Below, one piece after another: positions 11,339 to 23,968 of a stretch of DNA of 64,000 nucleotides. This stretch comes from Rhizophagus irregularis (taxonomy: Eukaryota), in the NCBI RefSeq assembly GCF_026210795.1, contig NC_089431.1:62001-126000 (forward strand), read 5' to 3'. The notes under the pieces are model-generated. The model saw only the letters and a program-made list of their open reading frames with translations. It did not search any database and was not told where the DNA came from. Positions within the stretch are counted from its first letter, which is position 1, and each line of letters starts with the position of its first letter. The position numbers and the translations under genes were made by a program.

Positions 11339-13373
11339 TAGAGTTCCGAACAGGTTGATCAAATTCAGGTAATCTGACAGTTTGACCTGAATTTATCAGA
11401 TCAGGTTTAGCAATTGCAATTCAGCATCAGTTCAGGTTGTAACATCAATATAATCTGAATGACCTGTTGATTTGAAACTATAATTTTATATAATATAAGT
11501 AATGGTATTATAATTCACTTTTTTATATTAATTTTATATAATAAAAGTGAGTTGTGATATCAGAATTCACTTTTTTATATTGATTTTATATAATAAAAGT
11601 GAATTGCGGCATCAGAATTCACTTTTTTATATTGATTTTATATAATAAAAGTGAATTGCGGTATCAGAATTAACTTTTTTATATTAATTTTACATATAAA
11701 AAGTGAATTGTAGTATCAGAATTCACTTTTTTATATTAATTTTACATATAAAAAGTGAATTGTAGTATTGGAATTCACTTTTTTATATTGGTTTTATATA
11801 AAAAAAGTTAGTTGTGGTATTATGATTCACTTTATATGATTTTAATATAAAAAAATGAATTGCAATATTTTCAAAAAAAATGTTTTGCACCATTTTTTTT
11901 TTATATTTTAATAAAAATCCTGAAAATTTTCAGGTTTCAGTTCAGGTCAGATCAAACAGATAACCTGATATGATCTGACCTGACTTGAAAAAAAATTTCA
12001 GGTCAAGTTTATCAGGACCCCGGAAAATACTTATATAGGTAAGGTCCCAAAAATATTTTTTATTAGTAGCTCTAAGCATAGGTTTTTACTATGATCGCTA
12101 AGCATTGTTGATATCTAACCTTAAAAATTATATAAAAATAAGCAAATCAATCTTCTAACCTAATTAAATTTTTATTATAACACATATAATTTATAAAATA
12201 TATTTATTAATTTAATATATTTTATTAAATCCAATTTTAAATATGATCAATACATTGTGAAGCTAAACTAAACATAATATACAAGTAGATTAACAATATT
12301 CAATTAATAAAGTTAATAAACAGTAAAAGAAAAATTCGAAATTAATACTATTACAAAAAATGTAAATTTCTCTATAAGTATTATACTTACACCCATAAAA
12401 ATTAATATGTAAGTAGTATCGACCTTGCTGAACAATTTTCAATTAATTTAGAAAGTCGATTTCATTTGGCTAAAGTGGTGTAATTACGCTCTGAAGTTGT
12501 AAACGGAGAAATGAAAAATTCGGAAGTTAGTACCGTTATGAAAAATGCACTTTTCTCCATAAGTATTATACCCACACTCATGAAAATTAATATATAAGTA
12601 GTTTCGACCTTGCTGAACAACATTCAATTAATTTAGAAAGTCGATTTCATTTGACTGAAGTGGTGTAATTACGCTCTGAAGTTGTAGACAAAAAAGTGAA
12701 AATTTTAAAAGTTATTACCATTATAAAAATATGCTTTTCTATATAAATATCATACTTAGCCTTATGAGAATTAAAATACAAGTAGATTTAACTTGCTGAA
12801 CAACCTTACTTAAGCATAAAAGACAATTTGATATAACCAAAGTGGTGAGTAGTGAAATTATATTTTAAAGTAAAACATATTTACAGTAATTTTATTTAAC
12901 AAAATAAATAGTATCTTTTTAATTTTTATTAAACTCAATGTATTATTTTTAATATAAAATTACTATATTATACATGTTGAAAGATAATTAATAAAACATT
13001 GAAAAAAAAACTGAAATTTCATCAAAAAAAAATTTTTGTTTATGTATTTATATAAAATTGTGAAATGTAGTACAAAATCAACACTCACCGTTAGTGAAAA
13101 TAAAATAAAAATTAATTATAAATTCAATATATAATATTTTAAAAAGTTCTATAAATATGAAAAATAAGCAACTAAAAACTCTTAGTATTTTAAAATAATA
13201 CCAAAAATATGCAATTTAATTATCTTACATAGTATAAAATTTTCTCAAAATTAAGCATTATAAAATTCTTACATCATAAAATTTTTCTATGTTGGCTAAG
13301 CACCTTGATACCTTACATATATAAGTATTTTCCGGGGTCCTAGTTTATCAATTAACCTGATTTGACCTGACCT
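11339..13373. mobile_element. hAT-like non-autonomous element with ~52-bp hairpin array, right end degraded
   Basis: Starts tagagttccgaacagg. cctga/tcagg subterminal repeats at both ends. About 7 units of aaaagtgaatt...aattcactttt at 11500-11870. Interrupted by 12014-13341. Confidence 0.65.
12014..13341. mobile_element. Non-autonomous TIR element with 8-9 bp TSD (MULE- or hAT-like)
   Basis: TIRs aggaccccggaaaatacttatata / tatataagtattttccggggtcct. TSD agtttatc(a). Internal ~180-bp tandem repeats at 12340-12850. Confidence 0.9.
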
Positions 13374-14594
13374 AATAATTAGTATTATATAATTATCTTG
13401 GCTTCTAATAATTCAATTTGAACAAACTTTTTTTTGTTTTATAAAGCTAGATTTATAGAAATAAATGAGTGCTATAAATTAAAAAAAAAGTTTATTAAAA
13501 TTGGATTACTAGAAGTCAAGATATATGGGCTGATTTGTCTACCTTTAATTAAAATATTGATTTTATTACATTTTTATTATACAAAATACTATATAATTTA
13601 CAGTAAATTAAGGATGAGTATTAAAAAATTTTTATTTAATGTTATTATACTATAATTTGGTGTAAATATTTCTTTTAAATTAATATAATTCTTAGCACTT
13701 ACTATATATATTAAAAATTTGTATCTCATCTTTAAACGTGAATATCTTTAGATTCAATAATCCAATCGGCAAGCTCTTTTTTCATTCATATAAACCAGAT
13801 CAAATGCTTTCCAAAAAGTCTAAATTTATAAAAAATGGATCAGTGAATCCCAAGATATTTGCATTTAAGCATGTTAAAAAGTTCAACTCTCAACTTTAAA
13901 CGTAAATATCTCCAGATCTAATAATTCAATTGGCGAGTTCTTTTTTTGCCTATAATATCAGCAAGTTTGAAAAGTGTTGATTTACACCAGTATACGCATT
14001 GATCGACACTAGCTAGTTGTTCAACGCGATTTACAATATTAATCAACACCCGTATATTAGAGTTTACTAACACATAATGTTAATATACGTGTTATTCAAT
14101 TCTAATGTGTAGTTTAATATATTATGCATTGTTGTTCAATGTGCTGTATATTAACACATACTATATATATATACAACTATTTTAATTAAATTAAATTATA
14201 TTTATTTTTATTCACCTTAGGAATCGAACTAAACATCTCCTTATACTATTAATTATCTTACGATCTAACCACTGTACTATTTAATTTAAGTATATATTAT
14301 ACAGTCAACTCTTCTTATAGCGAATTTTGATATAACGAATTTCACAATAAAATGAACCTTTAATGTAATACAGAAATTTATATATGAAAAATTTTTTGTT
14401 ATACCAAATTTTACTAATTAAATGTGGTATAACGTATAGTACATAAACCCATATATATAAATGACCTTTTTTGTAATAAATTTTTTTCATAACGAACTTT
14501 TTTCTGAATATAACGAAGATTTTTACAAGATGATTTTTACCATAAGGGATAATCTGACTTTCATTTTACATGAAATTTCTTTTCAAATATAGTA

Positions 14595-17500
14595 CATCAG
14601 CAAGTTTGAAAAGTGTTGATTCACACCAGTATACGCGTTGATCAACACCAGCTAGTTGTTCAATGCGTTTTACAATATTAATCAACACCCGTATACTGGA
14701 GTATATCAACGCTTAATGTTAATATACACGTCATTCAACTCTAATGTGTAGTTCAACACATTATGCATTGTTGTTCAACGCCGTATATTAACATATATTA
14801 TATATATTTTAAATTAAATCAAAATTATATTTATTTTTACTTACCTTAGGAACTGAACCAAACACCTCAACTTACACTATTATTTATCTCACGATCTTAA
14901 CCACTGCACTATTTAATTCAAGTATATATTTATATATATTAAACTTAATATTTAAAAAAAAAATTATTTCAGCAATTGCGTAATGTACTCTATATCTATC
15001 ACGTGATACTAGAGTAATAATTACCGCTGCGGCAGTGCTGCGGCTGTGGTATAGCAAAAAAAAAATTAAGCTTTTTTTGGCAAAGCTTAATTTTTTTTTT
15101 GCTTCGTTCTTCCCCTTCCCTTTCGTTTTTCCATTACCCTTCGTTCTCCCTTCATCCCTATAAAAAGTTTTATCCAAAAACTATGTAAACTCCGTAATAT
15201 AAGGTCATTAATTCCTGAAATATGAGCCTTATACGGAAAAATGTTGAACTTTTGGTAAGTTTCGCAACGAAACTGCGAAACTACTTTTTCATTCTTTAAC
15301 GAAACGTTTTTTAACGTTTCAAAAATATTATTCTTTTTTTTTTTAATCAGAATGTTGGCTAACGTTCTGATTTATTATTTTTTTATTAATTTTTTAAATC
15401 GGAACGTTGGCTAACGTTCTGATTTATTATTTTTTTTTAATTTCTTTAATCGGAACGTTGGTTAACGTTCCGATTAATTTTTTTATTTTCATTTTTTATT
15501 CGGAACGTTGAAAAATGTTCCAAAATAATATTTTTTTTTTTAATTCTTTAATCGGAACGTTGGCTAACATTCTGATTATTTTTTTTATTACATTTTTTTA
15601 ACGAAACGTTGAAAACCGTTTCGTAAATAACTTTTTTTTTTCATTTTATTTAATTGGAACATTGACTAACGTTCTGATTGTTTTTTTATTTCCTTTTTTA
15701 ACGAAACGTTGAAAAACGTTTCATTTAATCTTTTTTTTTAATTTCTTTAATCGGAACGTTGGCTAACGTTCCGATTATTTTTTTTATTACATTTTTTTAA
15801 CGAAACGTTGAAAACGCTTTAGTAAATAACTTTTTTTTCATTTTATTTAATCGGAACATTGACTAATATTCCGATTATTTTTTTATTTTTCCTTTTTTTA
15901 ATGAAACGTTGAAAAACGCTTTCATTTAATCTTTTTTTAATTTCTTTTAATCGGAACGTTGGCTAACGTTCTGATTATTTTTTATTACATTTTTTAATGA
16001 AACGCTTGAAAACGCTTTCGAAATAACTTTTTTTTTCTTTTTTTATCAGAATTCGGCTAACGTTCGATTTTTTTATTTTTTATTCTTTTTTTAACGAAAC
16101 ATTTTTAACGCTTTCATTAATAACTTTTTTTTCATTTTTTTTAATCAGAACATTGGCTAACGCTCCGATTTACATTTTTTTTCTTGTTTTAATGAAACGC
16201 TTTTTAATGTTTTGTTAATAACTTTTTTTTCATTCCTTTTAATCGAACGTTCTAACGCTCCAATTTTTTTATTTTTTCTTCTTTTAACGAAACGCTGAAA
16301 AACGTTTCTTGAATATTTTTTTAATTTTTTAATCTAACGCTTTTTAACGCTCCAAATAATTTTTTTTAATTTTTTTAATCGAACGCTATAACGCTCCGAT
16401 TTTTTCATTTTTTAATAACAAACGCTAAAAAACGCTTTCAAAAATTTTTTTTTAATTTTTTGTTTTTTAACGAAATGTACCTAACGTTTCAATTTTTTAT
16501 TTTTTTTTAGGACCGCGGCTTTCTGGATGGCTCACGGACGGGAATTTTGAAGGTAAACCTTCAAAATTTTTTTAATTGTTTGTCTTTAACGAAACATTTC
16601 TAACGTTTCGATTTTTTGTTTTTTTTATATCCAAGGCTTTGCTGATGGCGGCTCACAGATCGGGAATTTTGAAGGTAAACCTTCAAAACTTTTTTAATTG
16701 TTTGTCTTTAACGAAACGTGTCTAACATTTTGATTTTTTGTTTTTTTAGGACCGCGGCTTTCAGATGGCTCACGAACGGGAATTTTGAAGGTAAACCTTC
16801 AAAATTTTTAATTTTTTGTTTTTAACGAAACGTATCTAACGTTTCATTTTTTCATTTTTTTAGGACCACTTCCTGGATGATTCACGGACAGGTAAAATTA
16901 TTTTTTTTTTAATTTATTTTAACGAAACGTGACTAACGTTTCGTTTTTCTTTCTTTTTTAGGTCTGCAGATTTCTTTTTCTAAACGGGATTTCGAAGAAC
17001 TTTAATGTTATGGTAAGTTTCACAACGAAACGTTGTGAAACTTCATTTATTTTTTAATTTTTTTTTTAGAAACGTTTATTAACGTTTCTTTAAATTCTTT
17101 TTGTAGGTCTTTTTTTTGGGAAGCAGAAAAAAGGGTAAGTTTTGAAGCGTAATTTTACGCTTCAAAACTTTTAAAAAAAATTTTTTTTTTAGTTTTTTAT
17201 ACTAACGTTTCCTTTATTTTTTTTGTAGGTTTTTTTTGGAAAACGGAGGAAAGGGTAAGTTTTGAAGCATTTTGCTTCAAAACTTTTTAAAAAATTTTAT
17301 TTTTAAAAATTTCTTTTATAAGGAAACGTTTCTAACGTTTCCTATATTTTCTTTGTGTAGTACCTTCGGCGTGTTCAAACTTCGGATCTTGGATATTGTA
17401 AGTTTTGAAGGGTTTTCCTCGAAATTTTAATTTTTTTAATTTTTTATTAGGAAACGTTTACTAAATGTTTCCTTTATCCTTTTTGTAGGATCGGAAAGTT

Positions 17501-18786
17501 TGGAACGGAAGAATGATTGGGTAAGTTTCGTAATGTTTCATTACGAAACTTAATTTTTTTTTATTAGGAAACTCTTACTAATGTTTCTTTTATTCTTTTT
17601 TTAGGTTTCAGGAAACTTAATGTTAGAAAAGGGTCTTTAAACGGTAAGTTTCGTCAGAAACTTCCATTTTTTTTTTGTCTTTTTTTCTTTAAGATACATT
17701 CTAATTGAACGTTTCTCTTATTTTTTGTAGGTTCGGCCAACCTCTGGGACTTGAAATTTTGGAAAACGGTAAGTTTCGTACATTTCGTTACGAAACTTCC
17801 ATTTTTTTTTTGTTTTATTTTTTAGTAAGAAACGTTCTAACTGAACGTTTCTCCTTTTTTTATAGGTTCGGTTTCTGGGAATATGGAAATTCAGATAATG
17901 TAGGTTTCGTAACATTTTTTCGTTACAAAACCCATTTTTTTTATTTTTTTAATTAGGAAATGTTTACTGACATTTCCATTTTCTTTTTTTTATTAGGCTT
18001 CAGATTTTGAATTGCGGATAGTAATGGGTAAGTTTCGCAACGAAACGTTGTGAAACTTTATTTTATAATTTTTTTTTTAAGAAACGTTGACTAACGTTTC
18101 TTTTCTTATTTTTGTAGGTCTACAGATTTTCTGGTAGACAAAATGGTAAGTTTCACAATTTTTGCGAAACTTAATTTATAGTTGACTTTTTTTAGGAAAC
18201 GTTTGTTAACGATTTCTTTTTTCTTTTTTGTAGGCTTTTTGAAATATGAATCAGATCGTGTAAGTTTCGTTAACGAAACTTTTAATATTGTATTTTTTTT
18301 AATCGAAACCCCACCTTGTTATGGTTGTGTCACCAGGGGTGCTATATCAACGGAAATTTAGTACGTTGATCGCTTAAAAATCTGTGGCAATCCAATTATA
18401 ACAAGAGTTTTAAACATTTGACAATTTACATTACTGAGAAATATCAATTTGTAGTGTAGTTAGATAGATAATGAATGTATTTTTATTGTACTATTACTAC
18501 TATATATATAAATAAATTTACAATATTTTACGATTAATAAAATTTATATGTTGCTATACGCATTTTTAATATCAATATACGCGTTTTTATACAATGTATA
18601 CACGTTTTTAAACTATCGTTGTTTTACTATGTGTAGTTTTACACTTAAATGAGTGTTGATTTACACGTTTTTCAACGTTTTTAAGTGGCGTTGATTGACA
18701 AAGGGTTCGTTTCCCTACGTTTTTTGGTGTTGAGCAACACATGGCATTTTTCAACACTTTATACGCCTGTTTAAAACTTGCTGATG
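14595..18786 (+). mobile_element. 4.2-kb non-autonomous TIR element (TA TSD) whose cargo is a micro-exon/structured-intron array
   Basis: TA|catcagcaagtttgaa ... ttaaaacttgctgatg|TA (15/16 TIR match). No transposase ORF inside. Confidence 0.88.
15255..18282 (+). other. Array of about 15 micro-exons (25-51 nt) separated by hairpin-structured spliceosomal-type introns; probably non-coding
   Basis: YAG acceptors after T tracts at 16510, 16749, 16863, 16961, 17106, 17228, 17360, 17488, 17604, 17730, 17865, 17996, 18117 and 18233. Each exon is followed by GTAAG/GTAAA (one GTAGG), and CTAAC/CTAAT-like sites lie ~20-30 nt upstream of each AG. Confidence 0.75.
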
Positions 18787-19468
18787 TAATTTCACACATT
18801 ATTTATATTTTTATTATAATAATAGATAGATGTTCTTTATGTTTCGTTCTTTTTGTTTTATTTTACATATTTCCTTATATAAAAATGCAAAAGGTAAACT
18901 CAAAAAAAAACTTGACAAAGTTGAAGACCCTAAAAGTTAAGATGAAGTTCCCAAAAAAAAATGAAAGTCTTTTACTGCTATGCAAAAAAAAGAAGTCTGT
19001 TTAAAAAAAATAGCAACATCTTTTTTAAAACAAAAAGACTTAGCTAATTAATATGATATTAGTGAAGGAATGATTATTTCAGCATTTTTATGAGCCATTG
19101 TGCTGTGGATAGTATTTATATCGAAGCTGGATTAAAGCGTGAAGAAAAATACCTTTTCCTATTATTGAAGTAGCCTTAACCCTTTGGGTAGATAATGCAA
19201 TTCAGGCTAATCTTATCATTACTAATAATATTCTTTCAACCAAGGCTTTAGAATTTGCTTACTTGTGCAAAGAAGAAAAGTTTAAAGGATTTAATGGATG
19301 GGTTGACAATTTTAAAAAATGCTACAATTTAAAACAATATAATATTTATGGGAAAGCGGCAAGTGCGCAATTTCAGAATCTTGAAGCAATGCATAAAAAT
19401 CTTCACCAAATTTTAAAAAATTATAACCCTAAAGACATTTTTAACAGGTCTTTTTTGGAAGATGCGGC

Positions 19469-20944
19469 TAGGGCTCCGATCAGTTCAGTTTGGTATGGTT
19501 TTTGCCAAAACTGAAACCGAACCGAATTGATCGGTAACGGTATTATTAATTACCGAAACCGATCGGTTTCGGTAATCATCAATACTGAAACTGACCGGTA
19601 ATTACCAAAAACTAAACCGATTTACCAATTCATTATCGTGGTTCGTTTTTAACGTTTTCGTAACATTTTTATTAAAAAAACGTGCGAAAACTTTTTTTTT
19701 GGTGAAATTATTAATAAAAAACATTTTCGCAACATTTTTTGTTAAAACAATTGAAAACGTTGTGAAATGTTTTTTATTATTAAATTACTTGATAAAAAAT
19801 GTTTTCGCAACATTTTTTGGAAAAACAATTAAAAACGTTTGCGAAAAATGTTTTTTTTTATGAAATTATTAATAAAAAACATTTCACAACGTTTTTTGTT
19901 CAAATAATTAAAAATGTTGCGAAAAACGTTTTTATTTGCTAAATTACATGTTAAAAAACATTTCGCAACATTTTTTAACTATTTTAATAAAAAAATGTTG
20001 TGAAACGTTTTTTTATTCATTAATTTAATTGTTAAAAAACGTTTCGCAACGTTTTTTAACTGCTAAAATAAAAAAACGTTGCAAAATGTTTTTTTATTCA
20101 TTAAATTACATGTTAAAAAACGGTTTGCAACGTTTTTTAACTATTTTAATAAAAAAACGTTGTGAAGCGTTTTTTTATTCATTAATTTAATTGTTAAAAA
20201 ATGTTTCGCAACATTTTTTAACTGCTAAAATAAAAAAACGTTGCAAAACGTTTTTTTATTCATTAAATTATATGTTAAAAAATGTTGCAAAACGTTTTTT
20301 TATTCATTAATTTAATTGTTAAAAAACGTTTCGCAACGTTTTTTAACTGTTAAAATAAAAAAATGTTGCGAAACGTTTTTTTATTCATTAAATTACATGT
20401 TAAAAAACGTTTTGCAACATTTTTTAACTATTTTAATAAAAAAACATTGCGAAACATTTTTTATTCATTAATTTAATTGTTAAAAAACATTTCACAACGT
20501 TTTTTAACTGTTAAAATAAAAAAACGTTGCAAAACATTTTTTTATTCATTAAATTACATGTTAAAAAACGTTTTACAATGTTTTTTAACTATTTTAATAA
20601 AAAAATGTTGCAAAATGTTTTTTTATTTATTAATTTACATGTTAAAAAACGTTTCGCAACATTTTTTAACTATTTTAATAAAAATGTTGTGAAACGTTTT
20701 TTTAAATAGCTATTTATCGAAACTGATGGTAAAATTTACCGAAACTGATCGGTAAACTTATCGAAAGTTTCGGTTTAGTAAATCGGTTTGGTAAATCGCA
20801 AAACCAATACTGAAACTGCAGTTACCAAAACTGATCAGTAATTTACCGAATGATTCGGTATTGGTAAATTGCAAAACCGAAATCGATCTGATACCGAAAC
20901 TGATCAGTTCGGTTCGGTATTTACCGATACCGATCAGAGCCCTA
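19469..20944. mobile_element. Non-autonomous hAT element with internal palindrome array
   Basis: TIRs tagggctccgatc / gatcagagcccta. 8-bp TSD gatgcggc (19461-19468, 20945-20952). accga subterminal repeats; interior of tandem aaaaacgtttcgcaacgttttt hairpins. Confidence 0.95.
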
Positions 20945-21129
20945 GATGCGGCCTAGTCATACAATATCTAATAGTCAAGTTATTGGAATAAAACAGTCAA
21001 AAGATTGTGTAACTATTTTGCTTACCTGTAACGTAACTGAAAGTGAAAAATTGTATCTTTGTTTATACACAAATATGAAAATCTCCAAGTTCTTAAAAAT
21101 ATTGATAAAAAAACACTTCCAGTTGATTA

Positions 21130-22081
21130 CAGTCAACTCTCTTTATAGTTACACATTTGGGACAGTCCATATTTGGTGATTATAAAGAGATGTGACTATA
21201 TAAAAAATTTCTTATATTAGTATATCATAATTCTGGCCAATAATTTTAGTCAAAATTATACTCAAAACTTTATTGTATTGTAACTCCGCCAATATTAATC
21301 ATAGAGAGATGATCTTACCGCCATTCGATTCGTCTTGATAAGACAGTTCTAATGGTATAAAATACATCGAAATCTAATCACTAGATTAATTTCCAAAATT
21401 AAAAAAATATTAATGGTTTTTGTGTAATAACTCTGCCAATATTAATTCTAGAAAGACGATCCTACCGCCATTCGATTCGTCTTGATGAGACGGTTCTAAT
21501 GGTATAAGATACATCAAAATCCAATCACTAGATCAATTTCAGAAATTAAAAAATATTAAATGGTTTTTAAGTAATAACTCCGTCAATATTGATCACAGAG
21601 AGATGAGCTTACCACCATTCGATTCGTCTCGATGAGGCAATTCCAACGAGCTATAAATCGTCTTTTTACAATCACTAGGTACCGAGAAATTTAACAAAAT
21701 GTTAAATGGCGCAGTAAACGTAAATTAAGAAATATAATAATGCCGATACTTAACATTTTGTTGAATAACTCATCAGCCAGTGATCGCAAAAGGATAAAAC
21801 TACCACCATTCGAGTAATCTCAGTGAGACGATTCTAACAAGCTATGATACATCTTTGTACAATTATTAGATGCCAAGTTATTTAATATATTCTTTATATA
21901 ACTGTGATTATAAATAATTCTTTTTAATATAAGATTTTTGAGGATAGGTGTGATAGTGACTATAGATAGATTGTGACTATATAGGATAGTTTTTAATAAT
22001 AAAGTGTTTTGAACATTCAACTAATGTGACTATATAGTAGAATGTGACTATAACGGGAGTGACTATAGAGGGAGTTGACTG
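21130..22081. mobile_element. pogo/Tc1-like non-autonomous element (copy 2)
   Basis: TA|cagtcaactc ... gagttgactg|TA. Homologous to 5353-6166 with one extra ~140-bp internal repeat. Confidence 0.93.
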
Positions 22082-23968
22082 TATTACTGGAATACTAAAA
22101 GTTGGATGCAGGTATCAATTTAAAACTAATATCTCAAGAAATTTGATTCCAAAATGAGAAATCAAGGTCATAAAATTCTTCTTCTCATTGATAATGCTCC
22201 AACCCATGCCCTATACGAAACTACATATCTCATAAATATTACTATCAAATATCTTCTTCCCAATACTACCGCGCACATACAACCTTGTGATCAAGGAATT
22301 ATTAATAGTTTCAAAATAAGTAATAAATTACTTCAACTTATAAAAATTCTATATTATAAAACATACTTTAATTAATGATTATTTTATTTTTTAGGCGTAA
22401 TATCGAAAGTTATTTTTACATAATCAAGTTAAGGCATATGATAAATATAATGAATATGGCATTAATCCTGTTGAAATTAATATTAAGAAGTGCGTTGAGT
22501 ATGTTGCGCATGTATAGAATAATGTTGCACAAGATACGATTGAAAATTGTTGGATGAAGGCGGATATTTTGCCTAAAATTGATGAAAATGAAATTATTAT
22601 GAACAATAATACTGATGCACAAATTTATTCCATGCATATAAAAGAATTGGAAGATATTCAAGTGTTAATCGATAAACTTAATCCTGAAAATCCCTTTAAT
22701 GCTAAAGAATTTATTCAATATGATAATGATGAAATTACAACAGAAATGCTATCTAATGAAGAAATTCTCAAAGCAGTTATTCCTAATAATCAAAAAAAGG
22801 AAATAGAAGAATCTTTGGATCCTTTACTATTAATTATTCATAGCGAAGTTATTGAATATTATGATAAGGTGATTTTATATTTAAAACAGCAAGAAAGTGA
22901 TTTTGATATGAAAAAGGAAGAATTGAAATAGTTAAAAAGCTAAAAAAAGAAGCTTTAAAAAAGCGTTTTATTTCTACAAGGCAAATTAACCTTAATAGTT
23001 TTATTAACTGTTAATAGTAAATGAATGAGATTATTAATATTTGGAGTTTTAATAAATTAGTTATATAACAGAGGCTTTTGTATTCTTATATATAATTAAT
23101 AAATTCACAAATTGCACTACCTTGCAAAAAAAAAGAATGAGATTATTAATTAAAAATTTTTTTTTACATAACAAAAGTTTAATTTTTTTGTAATACGAAA
23201 TTATAATATACATATATATACATAATATAATATAATACTTTTTGAAATATATATAATAATACTTTAAAAAAAATTTTAAAATTGCTTTAATTAATAAAAT
23301 TTAGATATTAAAATATTTAATGAATTACTTAATATTATGTAAAATCTTCATTATATGATATACCAAATAATCTGTAGTGCTATACTGAATAATCTGTTAT
23401 GGTATTACCAAATTTTCTTATAATGAAGGCCTGATCGGCTCAGACGTCTAATTCGTTATAAGAAGAGTTGACTGTATATATTAAAATTAATATTTAAAAA
23501 AATATTATTTTATACTAAGCATTGCGTAATGTACTCTATATCACATGTATCACGTGATAATAGATTATTAATAATTACTGCTGCAGACTGCAGTATGGCA
23601 AAAAAAAAATTAAGCTTTTTTTGGCAAAGCTTAATTTCTTTTTTTTCACTCTTTCTCCCCTTCCCTTTCTCTTTCATTATCTCCTTTCCTTTTTGCTCTT
23701 CCCTTCTTTTTCTCTTTCATTATCCCCTTCTCTTTTCGTTCTTTCTTTTACTTGTTATTATTTTCTAAGCAGCTCCTATAAGAACTATTGAAAAAAGAGA
23801 TGAAGATTAAGTAAAGCATTGGGAACATTAGAGCATTTAGAATGGACAAAGTTGTCATGGTAAAGAACATTAATACTATAAAAAATACATTATATTTTCA
23901 ATTTCTCATTATTTATTCCTGTTTTTGAATCTCTGAAAGTACTCGTATTTTCATTTTTTTTCAGTATA

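Larger units (their letters stand above)
18885..23015 (+). pseudogene. Disrupted pogo/Tigger (CENP-B-like HTH + DDE_1) transposase
   Basis: FKGFNGWVDNFKK, FWKMRPSHT (restored by removing 19469-20944), YYWNTKSWMQ (restored by removing 21130-22081), LLLIDNAPTH and LPNTTAHIQPCDQGIINSFK. Many stops and frameshifts; probable intron ending at 22394. Confidence 0.9.
14302..23474 (+). mobile_element. pogo/Tigger-like DNA transposon carrying three nested insertions
   Basis: TA|cagtcaactcttcttatagcgaatt ... aattcgttataagaagagttgactg|TA, enclosing transposase remnants. Confidence 0.93.
13956..23770 (+). mobile_element. Older copy (left part) of the catcagcaag-terminated family, split by the pogo element
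   Basis: 13956-14301 aligns by eye with 14595-14930, and homology resumes right after 23474 (23477-23640 vs 14935-15100). Right TIR not found. Confidence 0.75.

Noticed and set aside
15255..18282. Group I/II introns, tRNAs or snoRNAs
   Set aside because: No catalytic-core, cloverleaf or C/D-H/ACA box pattern seen; the signals are spliceosomal.
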